A stretch of 61,909 nucleotides of DNA, the filler included, from Choristocarpus tenellus KU-1152 (Eukaryota; Protista; Phaeophyceae): the NCBI GenBank assembly GCA_964200185.2. It is 10 parts of 10 records of this genome, joined end to end, with 100 filler letters (N's around TTAATTAATTAA, not from the genome) between each part and the next. Parts side by side here need not be neighbours in the genome. Positions count along the whole stretch, not along the records: positions 1 to 15,634 come from CAXNAD020000957.1; 9 more parts are not named here. One strand, written 5' to 3'. Positions 1 to 13,528 of this stretch are shown piece after piece. Each line of letters starts with the position of its first letter. The first letter of the stretch is position 1. The notes beneath the pieces are model-generated. The model ran no database searches. It worked only from the letters and a program-made list of their open reading frames with translations, and was not told where the DNA came from. A program made the position numbers and the translations under genes.

Positions 1-15
1 GCTCTCATCCCTCAG

Positions 16-3000
16 GTGGATGTGTGTGACAAAGTTGATACACAAGAAGACAACCCCTTCATAGATGTGTCATACTACAGCACCTTCTCCTACACACTTC
101 TGGATGGATCGGGGGAGACTGTAACTTTTGACAGCACACCTGCCAAAGATCCCACTGGAGAGATTCAGGTATGGTACCCTTTTTCCTACCACATAGTGAT
201 AAATTCCTTCCATCCTCTGATGATCCTTTCTTGTCCTCTTTGCGACCCTATGCAGTATTGAATTAAGTAACTGTCTCCTTGAATGTCATTGGGACCCATA
301 GTTAGCATATCTTTCATTTGCCATGTATTTCCAAGATACTATTTCCAGCAGAAACATTTATTATCCTCATGGGTCAATACTATGCAATCTTACCATATAA
401 AATGCATGACTGCACTACTGGAATATTTCTCTAAATTTGCTGTGCTCTAGGTATCTTGAGAAGCACTTTCACTGGTCAATAAAATGTCAAAGTGAAATCA
501 AATAACTGTCTCCAATCATTCAGGTGCTGGAAAAAGTGATACCTGTGAATGAATCAGGGTCCACAGCTTTCTGGTTGAATGACACTGTTGAAGTGTTTCG
601 ATCATGCCCATCATATGGAACTGAAACCTCAGGAGATACTGTCACCATCATTGGTCGCAATTTCCATGAGAGCAATGTACTTTATTGCCGGTACACACCA
701 TGCACAAGCACTGATATTGGACCAAGAAAGTGCCGGAACTCAAATTGGGAAGCAAGTTCTACAAAGCAGAAGAGGATTCAAGAAACAGCAACATACATCA
801 GCAGTACTCGTGTGGAGTGTCCAGCTCCAACTTACTCTTTTCCTACCAACACCACACTTTTGTACCTTGAGGGAATATGCGAGTATGACAGTTCTGGGAG
901 ACTTGCTTATGTTCAGGAATGTTCTGAGAGTGCTCTATCTGATGGGTCTTGTGAGAATGATGCAGCCACTGGATATCATTTCGTCTATGATACATTGGTA
1001 AGTACAGAACTCAGCAGTCACTTACCAGGCCATAACCTCCTCTGTTATTTCTTTGCCATCTTTTTCTTCGCCAGAAAGTCTCCTGATTGGATGCAATCAG
1101 AATAAGCTCAAATAACTGTGAAGGTTTTCATTCTGGTTTCTTCATTTTTTTCCTTTGCAGTGGAAAAGGCCGAATGACTCTCTAAATGTTTGTTACCTTG
1201 CTCCAAGTACAAATATTCCTTCTAATACAGCACCTCTTGTACCATAGGTGGTCTGCACTGAGGATAGCATAGCCAGCGGGGTATGTGACGACAACCCCAC
1301 CAAAGATAGAATGTGGAATCCATGCTACACTGCTGAGGTAAAGTTACAAACCAAAACCTTATGAACTGTGAAGTGAGACCTACAATATACATTCACCAGC
1401 ATTTTGAACATTGCCTAAGAATCTTGTCGCTGCATTGCTATTGTTGGACACTACCCTCCTTGTCACACTATCCAGCAGCACATACACCTTGTACAAGAGT
1501 CTGTAGCAGCAATCACGGAGCAACCACACCATAAATATACTCAGTACATATTTGCTTAAAAAACCCCAAATAGTTTCAATTTGATATCTCTCCATGGTGT
1601 AAGTTTCTTGGACAACACCATGAGAATCCAAAGTCAGAAAAAGTAAAACCAAGTATCATAAAGTATAAAATGATGGTGATGGTGACCAAGAGATATGTGT
1701 ACTAGACATGTACACTGAGGTAGCACAAGCTACGATGAGGTTGTTTAGACACTGTGGTGAACACTAATATGGAAAATCTATGCAAAAGGATGAATGTGCT
1801 TATGTTGAGGTGGCATCTGAGCTAAACTAGGTTCACCCACATGGAAGAGATCTGTGTGTTCCTAGAAGATGTCGTGAGAGGCAGCGAAATTTAGTAATAC
1901 TTTGACAGTGATTTCAGTTTCCCAACAACTTAATTGAATGCTGATGGTAATTGAGTATTAGATATGTTATCAATTGGGGGGTTGTTGTGGCGCTGGTTGT
2001 ATTTCACTCTAAACCATGATTCCCAATGGTGCATGTAAGGCCATTGAAATGATGGTGGTATGAAGTCTTGTGATATTTGGCATGTAGAACAGGGTACGAA
2101 ATTTCTATGTTATGACTAGGAATGAATCGTCTGCCTGCTGAATTTGTTGGGCTGCACTAAACTCATCAAAATAATAAGCACCTCTGCGAATGACCTCTGT
2201 GCTGGGATCTTGCTCCATAGGTTTATCTTGGATCATTCATTAAACCCCCCCCCCTTTGTGGTCACAATACAGTGCCAAGAACACACTATACCTCAGCAGT
2301 GGCCATCAACATGACAACATGATCCCTCACTCATGCCTTCGACATCAACAGATACGTATAGATGTTACCGTATCAGGTTCCATTTTCAGTGGAGATGGGC
2401 TGGAGTATGCACATTCGTCACTCCCTGATTATTTTGCTGGGAACAACTATGTCGACTATATTGTCGACGCATCTTTTGCAACTTTCACAGTGGTCAATGA
2501 GGTGGGAAAGCAGCACATTGGACATTCATGAACTCACGACTGCCGGACACATATCATCTTTGCCACCTGCCACCTGCAAAATAGCAGTTAATCACAAGTT
2601 CAACTCTGGAGCAAAGAGTATTAATAATGAACCACTGCTTAGGAATTAGGATTTACAGCTTTGATCTATGGTAATACTAGAATACAATTACTTTATAATA
2701 ATAAACATGTAGGATAATATGGCTGTCTCATCTAAGTTTACTTACTGCTCACAAGACAGTAAGGTGATAAAATGATGAATAGTGGAGATATAGTGTTGAG
2801 GTGCTTCCTTGGCATGATTGATAAGTCTTGGTCGCATCTAAAACAATTAAGATGCTAATGCAATAAGTATTGCTTGCTGTATGTAAGTCATACTTAAATA
2901 TGCCTGTTTAGTATGGTATGTGATATTTGGAGGGAGTAATAGTATACCATTAATAGTACACCTTTCCTGTTGTCACCTCTTTTTTTTTCTGCACCATTGA

Positions 3001-6000
3001 GTGTATCATCCTACTTACTCCTTGAGTCAGCCCACTGCATTATCATGATTCACAGTAGCCTGGCATCACCCTCCTCACAATATGAGTAATTAACTTCAGA
3101 TCTAGGAAACTTCCTTCAAATGATAACCTAGTTGGGGCATTATCAATGATCAGTTGTAAACAACCTTTACCTATCAAGGACTGGCTTGATACCATGCTAC
3201 ACATGATTGCCTAATTGGGTCATCATCAATATCCAGTTGTGAACAACCTTCCACTGTCAAGGATCAGCTTCCTATCGAGCTATACTGGAACTACCCTACT
3301 ACCTAAGTAGGAATCATAGTTATTCTAGTTGTTTGCAATTCACATTATATCTGGATATGTTCAATATTCAGTTGGGACCCTAAGGTTATTGAATAACCAC
3401 TAGTGTCAACACTGTTGAGGCTGGTCAATAATATTACACAGAAGAATAATAGCTTGTCATCTCAACCAATTACACCATTAGAACTACACAATTTGTCCAA
3501 GCCAACAAATCAGAACGGTTCATACTTTCCATTTTAGGCCTACTGGGTGAGTGACACGCATACAGTTGACATGGACATGCGGAGGTGCAACATTTCAAGA
3601 GCTAGTCAGGAAGGACAACGAGTGCGAGAGAAAGGATGGTTCATGCTAAGGGCACTTCAGACTGCCTTGTTGTCATTTGATCTTTCACACCTTCCAGCTG
3701 ACATGGTGAGACTCCCATGTTTATTCCATTACTGTATGTGGTGCATGAAGATGATTACTACTGCTTTCAGCCAAAATATGTATGGCTATGGCATCCATTC
3801 GCCTGCACACTGGCATTGTGCAATTTTGGTGCCTTGCATTCACAATATATGTACTGCCTATCTTTTTGCTGCTATACCATCAGCGAAGGTGATACACCTT
3901 CGTTGAGTGCTTGTCACTCATGAGAAATAACTTAATACCAACCAGGAACCCTAAATTCTTCCTACTCTGGGAGGGAGCAGGTATATGATGAACATTACAA
4001 ATTGGCAATCTACATTACACCCAGTAGATGTGATGATGAGGTCTGCAATTCAGCTCGCTTGCGTCTCCCTGCTGAGGAGAATCTGCCCTGCCGCCAGTCT
4101 GTGGATTTCCCTTCTGGATTCTTGGATGACTCTGTGCCAAAGAACCAGATTTTGAATTTCTCTGTCTTTGCACTGGAGGATTTGCTAATCAAGGTGTGTT
4201 AGCACTTTGTTTTTTTCTGAGTCTTTTTTCGCTTTCCAATGCCAATATTGCATATTTTACTGTATTGTTTCACCTTTTGTATTGTTTCACCTTGGTGCAG
4301 GAAGGGTGAGATAATAAACAATAATTACTAACCTAAAGCAATTGATTCAATACAGACGGAGATCCATCTTATGTATGGTCTACATCTTCCATCTGCATCA
4401 TTCTTCAAGAACACAACTACAGTACAAATCATTTCACCTAGTCGAGCCAAGACAGATAAAGGATCTATTCAAGAGGGTCGCATGCTCAACCCCTATGTCT
4501 CCTATGAGGAGAGGTTAGTGAAAAAGGTGAGAACACACCAAATTGGTGACGGCAAACTCTACCGTGCCACTTTCACAACTGCATATTTTTTGTTCTCTAA
4601 AACACTAGTTTCCTGTCTAACTAGGATCCTCACCTTGAGACACAGATGTTCCACTAGCTGAAATTGTATTCAATTTGATATCGAGCATGAAGTTGGCATA
4701 CACAGAAGGACTCATAGACTAGGCTCATTGGCCCTTGGCACTTATCATGCAGTCAATGGGATCAATACACCATTACCTTGTGCACTTATTCCCACCTGTG
4801 CAATTGTAAACCAATGCAACTGATTGGCAGGACTACTTCTTTGCTGCAGTTTACTATAGCAGCCTATTGAACGTCATCTCAGCACCATTGAATATGCCTC
4901 CTCGGTATGCTGACTTCACAAAGGGCAGAGTCCTCATGGGGTTTAACATATCAAGCCAGAACACTGACACTCCATGGCTTAAGGACTCCAAGAGTGATGT
5001 TTCAATCACGAGTGACTATTGGGATAACCCTGCATCTTCTAATGAACTGGGCAAAGAGATGAAAGATACCTTCCATGAGGTATGAGGTATTCTTTGCAAC
5101 CACCTACTTTTCAACGGACTAGTTCGGTAGAGACCAGTTTGTTCTCCTATGCCAAAGGAGATACAAGTCATGATGGTGTACATAAACAATATTTTCTTGT
5201 TAAGATGATGCATTATAACAGTGCACTCACAACCTCTTTGCCAGGTGTTTGATGAGTTTACAGTGGATGGGGAGGGCAACCCAGTGTACGACTTCACCCA
5301 GCTCATCTTACCATACATGCCATACTTCTCTAATTGCAGAGGATATGATTCTCATATCCCGATATATGCCCTCCTGGAGAGTAGTGAATGCTCCCTTCCT
5401 GATGATCATGACTCCAGCTGGTGGCGGTGAGAAAACAAAAAATCTGAACTGGATTGGCTACTACTAAAGTCTACCCACTCACATTGGTGCTTGATTGCTC
5501 TACAGTCTGACACTTGTAGTTGAGACATGTTTGCACTGTCTTCAGTTGCAGATACATTGATATTGTACTCTGTGTAGAAAATAATCATCGTTACAGATAG
5601 CATGAGGATGTTGTTGTTATTGACAATACTTCATACAGAAACTGTCGCAAAAAAACTCCTTACTATAGCAATGAATTCAAAACTTTTGCTATCAAGATGA
5701 AGCACGCACTATAGTGTTATCATCTGAACATCCCTCCAAGCATACCCTGCCAGCAGTGTCTTGAGCATAAAGTACTGCGAAGTCTTGGTGCTGCTTATGT
5801 ATTGGTGATAGGTACCACCAATTGTACAAAAAGTGCTTTGTGACTGTTGATATGCACCCTTTGATCACTTCACCCAACCAGGGCTCGGCTCTTGTAAGAG
5901 CATTATGTAGTTGTGTTTGCCCAATGCCAAGTGATATATGTAGTTACCTTACTTAGACATGTAGTGGTTGCTAATGGGTGCTGTGGAACAATATCCTTGG

Positions 6001-9000
6001 AACCATATCTTAGGTCAAATTGTGTCAGTGTCAATACAAGGGAAGTAACATTGGTGATACTGCTATTTGATGCATTTCTAGGTATAACTACCCTGTCTTC
6101 CCACAAGAGGACGATGTTGTCTATGTTGGACCACTGGATGTAGGGCAAAGCCCTATTGCTGACTGGTGCACCTACTCTATTGAGTGCCAGTATGAGGTGA
6201 GGTCAACTGCTCTGCAAGGCACCTTTGCACACAACAACGTATGTATGCTGGTAAAGGGCAATTCCACAAGTTGCATCAATGTTTTAAGGGAAATCGCTTT
6301 ATGTTTTCAACTTTTTAAAGAGGAACTGCAACTCTTACCAGTCTCTACGATAAATAACTTCAAGTACAACACCATTGCTGCAGTCTATGATAGAGTGAAG
6401 TATAATAACCGCAAGAAAAATCTTCTGCTCTCAGAATTGTTTGGAACGTACCTCATTCATTGCTTCCAACCTCTTTTTTAGGAGGATTTAGAAAATGTGG
6501 ATATTACTCCAAGGTGGTTTGAGGCTGCAACTGGGGATAACATCTTCTACTTAATCCGCGAGTCGATCACCTGGCAGGTAAGCGGTGCATTATGTATTCA
6601 TTGAGCAATCCACTCTCACAATCCAAGTATCCGTTCTCTGTTGACCAAATTGGGTGCACAGAAAGTTCATCAGTTTCTCTCTGATGCGATCTGGGCTATG
6701 TAATATCCACATTGTCACACAAATGTGAGGATGTAAAGGTGGCATTTTCTCAAATACTTTCTCATGACCATGCCATACCAGGACTTTACAGGGCGTGCTG
6801 CTACAAGGATTGGATTTGAAGATGCGGGAACAGGGGCTAAGATAAACTCTCTTGATGCCACTGAAGGGTCAGACGTTTTTGTCCCAGTGTCAGTCAACCG
6901 GGGGGCAGCCAACACCTTCAGGGGAGGATGCACAGACCTCTGCTATCCAAGAACAATCATGCTCAACATTGCTTATTACCAACTTAATACAAACACAAAG
7001 CGCATAGTGGCAGCTAGTCTAGTCTTCGATGACTTTGACAAGGATCCGGCAGTCACAGATTACACAATTGACATATCTTACTATCCCCTGGACTACTGGG
7101 AGCTGATCATCAAGTTTGCATTTGGACGCCCAGTTTTCCTTGCACTTTTTGTGGTAATTGGCTGCATCTCTGTTTTGGTGACTGCATTGTTCTGGTTGAA
7201 CATGCGTATCACCACTCAGGTGAGAAATACTGACCTGTACTTGAAGCTCTAGCATTCTTTTTGAAATTTGTACCACATCATCCCACATTATCACTCACAC
7301 TGCCAAATTTCTTGTCCTCCCTATCTAACATAATTCATATTTCATGTGCACCTCTTTGGCAGCTGGTGAGGCCTCCCCGTTTTCGTTTCTGGAGCATGTT
7401 CAGCCTTATTGCTCCTCCTGCCTTCACGGGTACCTTGCTGGGGTTGATTCCTATTGTCATCATGACCGCAGCTCTGTACATTTTTGTCTATGGTCCTCCA
7501 TACTTAGACACAACAAACTGGATACTGGACAATTACAAATTGCACTACATGGATATAGCTGTAGACCCTGATAATGACGAGAAAGCAAGGTATGCTTGAA
7601 GAATATTTATTACCCAGTGGTACTGTGCTGCCTCTCTATAGGACCCCAAGAATTCGGTTTGCACTGTCTTGATGGACAGCCCTTTCGCATCTGAGGCATC
7701 AAGTTACTGAATGCATCTCACATCCCGTTCACAAAGACCAACTGCAGCCTCAACCACCTACTCAGAGAATTGGAGAAGATTGAATTGTTCATGCTTCTTA
7801 TTGGGTTCTTATGTACCAGGTTTGGTCGACTTGGTCTTGGCTTCATTACTGTGAGTGCTGTATGCATCTGGCAAGGTGCATGCATCTTCCTTCCTGATCA
7901 CCAAAGCAAGCGTGCCCGGGAGATGGAATTAAAGCGTGATTCAAGGGCGGAGAAAGAAGAGGTGGGAATACATTTACGGGTTGTTAATCACAGCACACCC
8001 TTGTGACTTTCATACATTTTGAGCACAAAGTGCTTTAGAGACTACAAGCACTGCTTTTCAGCTGGTATATGCAATATTCTATGCCGTACCTTGGAAAGAA
8101 TTTATCAGTGTAGCCATCTGGTATTGGTAGAGTAACCTCACAGGGCAGTACTAAATCTGCAGAGATATTAGGGAGAGAGAGAGGTGCTTCTGAATCTTCA
8201 TAATATCTGGGCATATATGGGTTGATATAGTGTTTAGCACCATTGAAAAAAAAACTGAAACGTGCACTGCGATGTGAGAACATGAGAGACATGATGAGTG
8301 TGGCTTACTATCACTAGGGCCTCTTCCATCCATAACTATCTTTTCGGTTGGTAATTGATAAATAATTTGCTGGGATATCTTTTGGTCTTTGTTAAATTAT
8401 GGACATCACCATAAATATTTTCCTCAGAACTTGTTAGAGACATACTGGAGTATTCATTTTCTCTTGCACCAACATACCCCTACCTTGAAATAGGTCTGGA
8501 TCCCCCTGACCTGGCGTAGGAGCAATCTTGTCTTCTCCTCATATGTCATGGGTTTATTTTGTCTATTTATTGTGGAGTTTTCCTTATGGAACAACTTTGG
8601 AAACTACATCTGGTATGTCTTCCTGGGTTTCACATTGATCGACATGTTCATTGGTGACATTGTCAGCTTCCAACTCAAGGAGGTATGTTGTGCTGCAGCT
8701 TTGATCCAATTCTTGGTATCAGTTGATGGGTTTCTTGGACATTGTTGTGCTTGTAACTCTAGTGCAGTCTGAGTGAAAAGGTATCCATTGTCTCAAGAAT
8801 GGACTTTTCAGTTTGTGTTGATGAGTCTACATGATTCCATATTTTCTAGAATGTATCACCTGAGTAAGAGGATTCTTTGCCAAATTTGGATTACATCATG
8901 TGAATATATACCGTCATTTCCAATTTGTTTGAGCTGTTGGATTCTTCATTAGGTATTTTCCATGACACATAATTTATAGCTAATATTGTGGATATTTAGT

Positions 9001-12000
9001 CGTGTTATTGTTTCTTAACTACTTGTAGTTTTGCCATAGGTTGAAGGGCATGAAATAGACACTGAATACAGCAATGATACCTCCTTTGTTGTGGTCCTTA
9101 CTTTCAGGTTTTACTCGAGGCACCAGTGGGTACAGCGCTTGGTCTTGTCATGGGCGTAACGGGGTTGGGAGCCAACGACTTCGTTGACTTCCTCTTGTCA
9201 AACTTTGTGGATCTGGGACTAATAATGCTCTTCCGAGTGTACATTGACCCAGCCATGGGAGACATCCTGAGATCCATTGGATTAATGTGTGTCTACAATG
9301 CATAGCATGTTATATGGAATGCATAGAATAAGTATGTCCAATTCCAGGCACCATGGACTATAAATTGGTCCTAGATCTACCAGCTTTCCTCCTTTAATAC
9401 AGCAATATATTTTGGTTTGAATTTGTACCTTCCTTTATTGTTGCAGTTTCTAACCTAATAGTGTTTGCTGTGTTCTTTCCTTCCAATTTGTGGATTCAGC
9501 ATTTGTGGTATGTACTACCATTAGGACCTTGAATGATCCAATCTATGAAGGCATGAACACTATTGAATTGTTTCTGTGTATGGCAGTATGTACTAGAACT
9601 GGGTGGTGACCAGAAAGAACCTAACAAATCTCAACATTTTATTTTTTCATAGAGCACAATTACTCCTTAATTTTATTGTGTGTGTGTGAAGTTGCAGTAT
9701 CTCTGGTCACAGTGAAGAGCACTTCCCAACATTAGCCAAAAATTAAATTTCCTTCCTATAATGCTTTTGTCAAATTATTGGCCAGTGCTTGACCTGTAGC
9801 TAACTTTGAAGTGCAATCTAATATCTAATCTAGCATAGATAGTGTAATACCTCTAACTTAAAACAAAATATGCCCTACTTCCATCAGGTACAAGGCAGGC
9901 AAGAGTGGATTTATCAACAAGATACCAGCATGGCTGGCTGTGAGGCTTGCTGTGAAACAAGACAAATATGTGGACACCAACATGTTGAAGTAGGTTTCAT
10001 CAATGTATCATTTTCACTGCAGTACAGGAATCTGCAGCATACCTACCAAAACCAAGTCTCTACCTATGCGGTTTATTCAATATCCTATGGTTCAATCCTT
10101 CGTTTGTTTTTCAGGAAACCTGATGAAGATATTGCTGGGGAAGGAGGGGAGACAGTGGAGCCCATCCTTGACTCTTTCGGAGGATACTCAACAGACAATC
10201 TTAGCACATTCTACTTCCCATACATTATCCTCTTGCTCATGGCATTCAGAGATGAGGTGATGTTCTCTACTTTGAAGTAGTAAGATCTGTATGTACAACT
10301 GAGCATTGAAGCAGCCTATTGCAAAGTGAACTTGAAGCAGTGCAGTAAACTGCTTGATGGACCACCTCTTCCCTGCATGTATAGGTGGGCCTGCCATCCT
10401 TATATGGCATCAAGGAGCAGGACATGGAGTACTACCTATGGTTCTCCATAATCATAATCTTCTTCCAGATCTGTGTTGATATTTTTATTCATGGAGTCCT
10501 GGAACTGTTTCATGGGTGGAAGATTTATGACTACCTTGTGAGTTTTGCAGAAACGTTAAGCTGCCCTGTAGACCAATATGGTACGGGATCACTTATTGAC
10601 CTATAGATATATATGAAGGTCAACACATCAAGACCAATTATTCTTGCAATTGTATAAGATTGTCAAAATGATCCAAGGCATTTTGTTTTTAAATTGAATA
10701 GCATAGGTAACAGATAAACTCCTGCAGGCGATTTGCATGATGTCTTATAGAAACGTTTTGGTCCTCATACAGGTGTACACAAAGTACAGGTTCCTGCAGC
10801 GGGAGACACGTTGGAAGGGTCTTGAAGATAGCCTGGATGAATGCATTGATGAGAGTATGCGAACGCTGGATCAGGTACCCATATTTTCATCAATTGAGAA
10901 GCATTATCACAAAATCAAAAAATTCTCGTCAGCTTGCAAATATGTTTATTGTTGTTCCCTTCAATTGCCAAGTTATTCGAGAGTCTTTTTTCTGTCTCTG
11001 AAAGTTACGACTTTTCAGAAACTCAAAAGGTGCTCATCGAGTTTCCCTCCTTTGTGCAGATGTGCTTCTCTTCTCAATACTACATGATGATGACCATACT
11101 CGTGAATGGCATTGTTTACTTTGTACTAGGTGTCCAGATGATGATTCGAAAGGTGAGAGAGCACAATACAACATGGAGACAGTCAATATCCAGTTTCATC
11201 TAATGCCACCAGAAAATTATGTACTGTTTCAAAGTGCTATTCCTCTGGAAAAAGAAAGCCAATCTAATCTGTAGATCACATGTAGCTTAAGGTGTTACAC
11301 AGGCAATCAAATGCACAACACAAATAACCTCATCATTAGATATCTGACTATGAAAGTACTATGTTCTACATTTTGCTTGAGGTCCAAGTTGATTGAAATA
11401 TGTGATGAGTGTAATGATCTATAAAATACCAGTAGAGGCGTTACATCTCTATGACAAGCAACAAACATTCCATGCTCCTAAAAATTCCAAGGCTCCAAAT
11501 GTTGGGTTTTTAATTGTTAAAATTAGAGTTAAAGTGTATCCTAAATATATTGTTCTGCAGTCTAGAACACTTCCAATCACTTCAGGCGATATCACCAATT
11601 ACTTTTATTATTATAGAAACATTTACATGAACAGTTGGATTAAACAAGGTGTCCACTGTACTGTGTGGGAAGAGTTGACTGTCTCTGATGATGCAGCTGA
11701 TTAAAAATAGGTGGACCTCTCTTATATTGGACTCTTCCATGAGGCATGTATGTATGGGATGCCAATTTGAAGGTTGTGGCAAGCACCTGACGTCATTGTT
11801 ATTGGGGTGTTGGACAACACACAGGATCAGCACAAAGGTCAACTCTATTAGATCACTCAACTGTACCAAATGTTTGTTGTAACTCAGAAATACAACATGT
11901 GGGGAGACCCGATGCTGGTTCTGGTGGTTCCCTTTACACTGGCAACAGCATACATGACAGGACATGCCCTGCTTTGGGTGGCACTACAGGTAGGTATTGA

Positions 12001-13528
12001 TGTTCTAGGTCACCTTTTGAAGATCTGCGCATCATGTCTGTTAGAGGTATAGTATGCTTGAGTAGTGTGTACGGAGAAAATAGTTGATTGGTGACAAAAC
12101 CCTGGCAAAACACTTTCTCTAGATAACTATGACAACACCCCTCAATGAAAAGGTTAACTTGTGGAAGATCAAGCATGAAAACACAGCCTGGCATACCAGT
12201 GATGAGGGAGATGATGACTTTGACATTCCTGACATGGATGATCTGAAGGGGGCTAGTCATGATGCATATCTGATGAATCAGCGCATAACGAGTGAGACCT
12301 TCCGGTACAAGTTCCTGAACTACAATCGATCTTGGTTGATCAATCAGCTCCCCTCAATCCTGACTCCGAGGACACTAAAAAGAAGTAGACCCTACCTCAT
12401 CAATCAGTTTGCGAGGATTCTCAATCAACTGAATCGTGATGTGTCCTCGGATAGTGAAGATGAGCCTCCAGATTTTGGTCCAGTGGCACTTACCGCAACA
12501 TCCAGAAAACTGATACGTTGGTGGTTGGTCAGGGCTAGAAAGCAGGTTAGTACCTTCTTCATCATGTCTCGTTTTCTACAAACAGTAGTTCAACTTCATC
12601 AAACATCAGAACAGACAATATGCTGGTGGCATGGATGTAGTCAGATATGCCCCCCTACTCCTAAAAAATGTGAAGATGTAATCTGAGCAATATTTAACCC
12701 ATTTTGTACACAAATCATATGACAATTCAATTTTTCTGATCAGGTTCAATTGCGTGAGACTGTTCAACCACTTATCTTCAAAGCAAGGGGTACACATTGT
12801 GAGCAGTGCCTATCAAAGAGGCAGCTACAGGTACAGCTGGTGTTCAAGCTAGAAGACCTTGCAACAAAGTTTGCTGAAGAGCATCCATCAGACGAATTTG
12901 ACAAGGTGACTAATTTGAGTCCATGACAGAGTGACAACTTTTTTTCAAGGTTAGACTGCTGACAAAATTCTTAAAGTTTGTTAACAGACGTTAGTAGTAA
13001 GTAGGTTCTACTTGGAGGGATAGGGAGCATTTTCATCTGAAATATATTCAATTGTTGTGTACAACAGTTGAGAGCAACTTCTTGATTGCCGACATGGATT
13101 CCTCTGCCAATACTTGTTAGGTTGCTTGGAAGCGATTCTGGATGCAAAACCAGCGGTATAAAACGGTTTGTCTCAAGTGTGTCAGCAGCAATAAGGAACA
13201 AGACCGCAACAAAACAATACAATATAACATGGATAATAGTGATGGAGAGAATGAACAAGAATATCCTGACTGGGGTCCAGTATACCTCAGTGCTTCCTCC
13301 CAAGCGATACTATTGCAGTGGTATCATCAAGCACAAGAGAATGTGTGGGGGAAAAATGGACGCAAGAGACCTCAGGCTGCAATACATGTCAGTGATGATG
13401 AGGGAGATGAAAACCCTGTTGGCTGGGCTACAAAACAAGTAAAACTATCTGCGGCTTCTCGTGCACTTGCAATTCGCTGGCTTCGAACAGCGCGTGCACG
13501 ATTGCAGCAACGATCCAGTCAAAGCTGA
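16..13528 (+). CDS. Large multi-pass membrane protein of unknown function (>=1630 aa, 5' end outside the window): IPT/TIG-like and Cys-rich ectodomain, ~10-11 TM helices, cytoplasmic CxxC...CxxC pair
   Basis: 25 exons with AG/GT borders join in frame (4893 nt): 16-168, 524-997, 1248-1337, 2352-2501, 3538-3705, 3981-4193, 4356-4526, 4831-5079, 5245-5426, 6082-6196, 6482-6577, 6782-7219, 7363-7589, 7820-7961, 8494-8682, 9108-9286, 9888-9989, 10115-10256, 10385-10537, 10773-10874, 11060-11152, 11888-11989, 12153-12545, 12744-12905, 13121-13528. PSYGTETSGDTVTIIGRNF...YISSTRVECPAP is IPT/TIG-like. Hydrophobic helices start in exon 12. HCEQC and VCLKC lie near the C-terminus. Confidence 0.88.
3120..3340. 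repeat. Diverged ~83-bp tandem repeat (~2.5 copies) in intron 4
   Basis: TGATAACCTAGTTGGGGCATTATCAATGATCAGTTGTAAACAACCTT at 3121 recurs as TGATTGCCTAATTGGGTCATCATCAATATCCAGTTGTGAACAACCTT at ~3204, with a partial third copy at ~3300. Confidence 0.7.

Noticed and set aside
11740-11830. GCQFEGCGKH resembling an EsV-1-7 Cys-rich repeat in an intron
   Set aside because: A single partial motif with no conserved downstream C..H and no ORF context.
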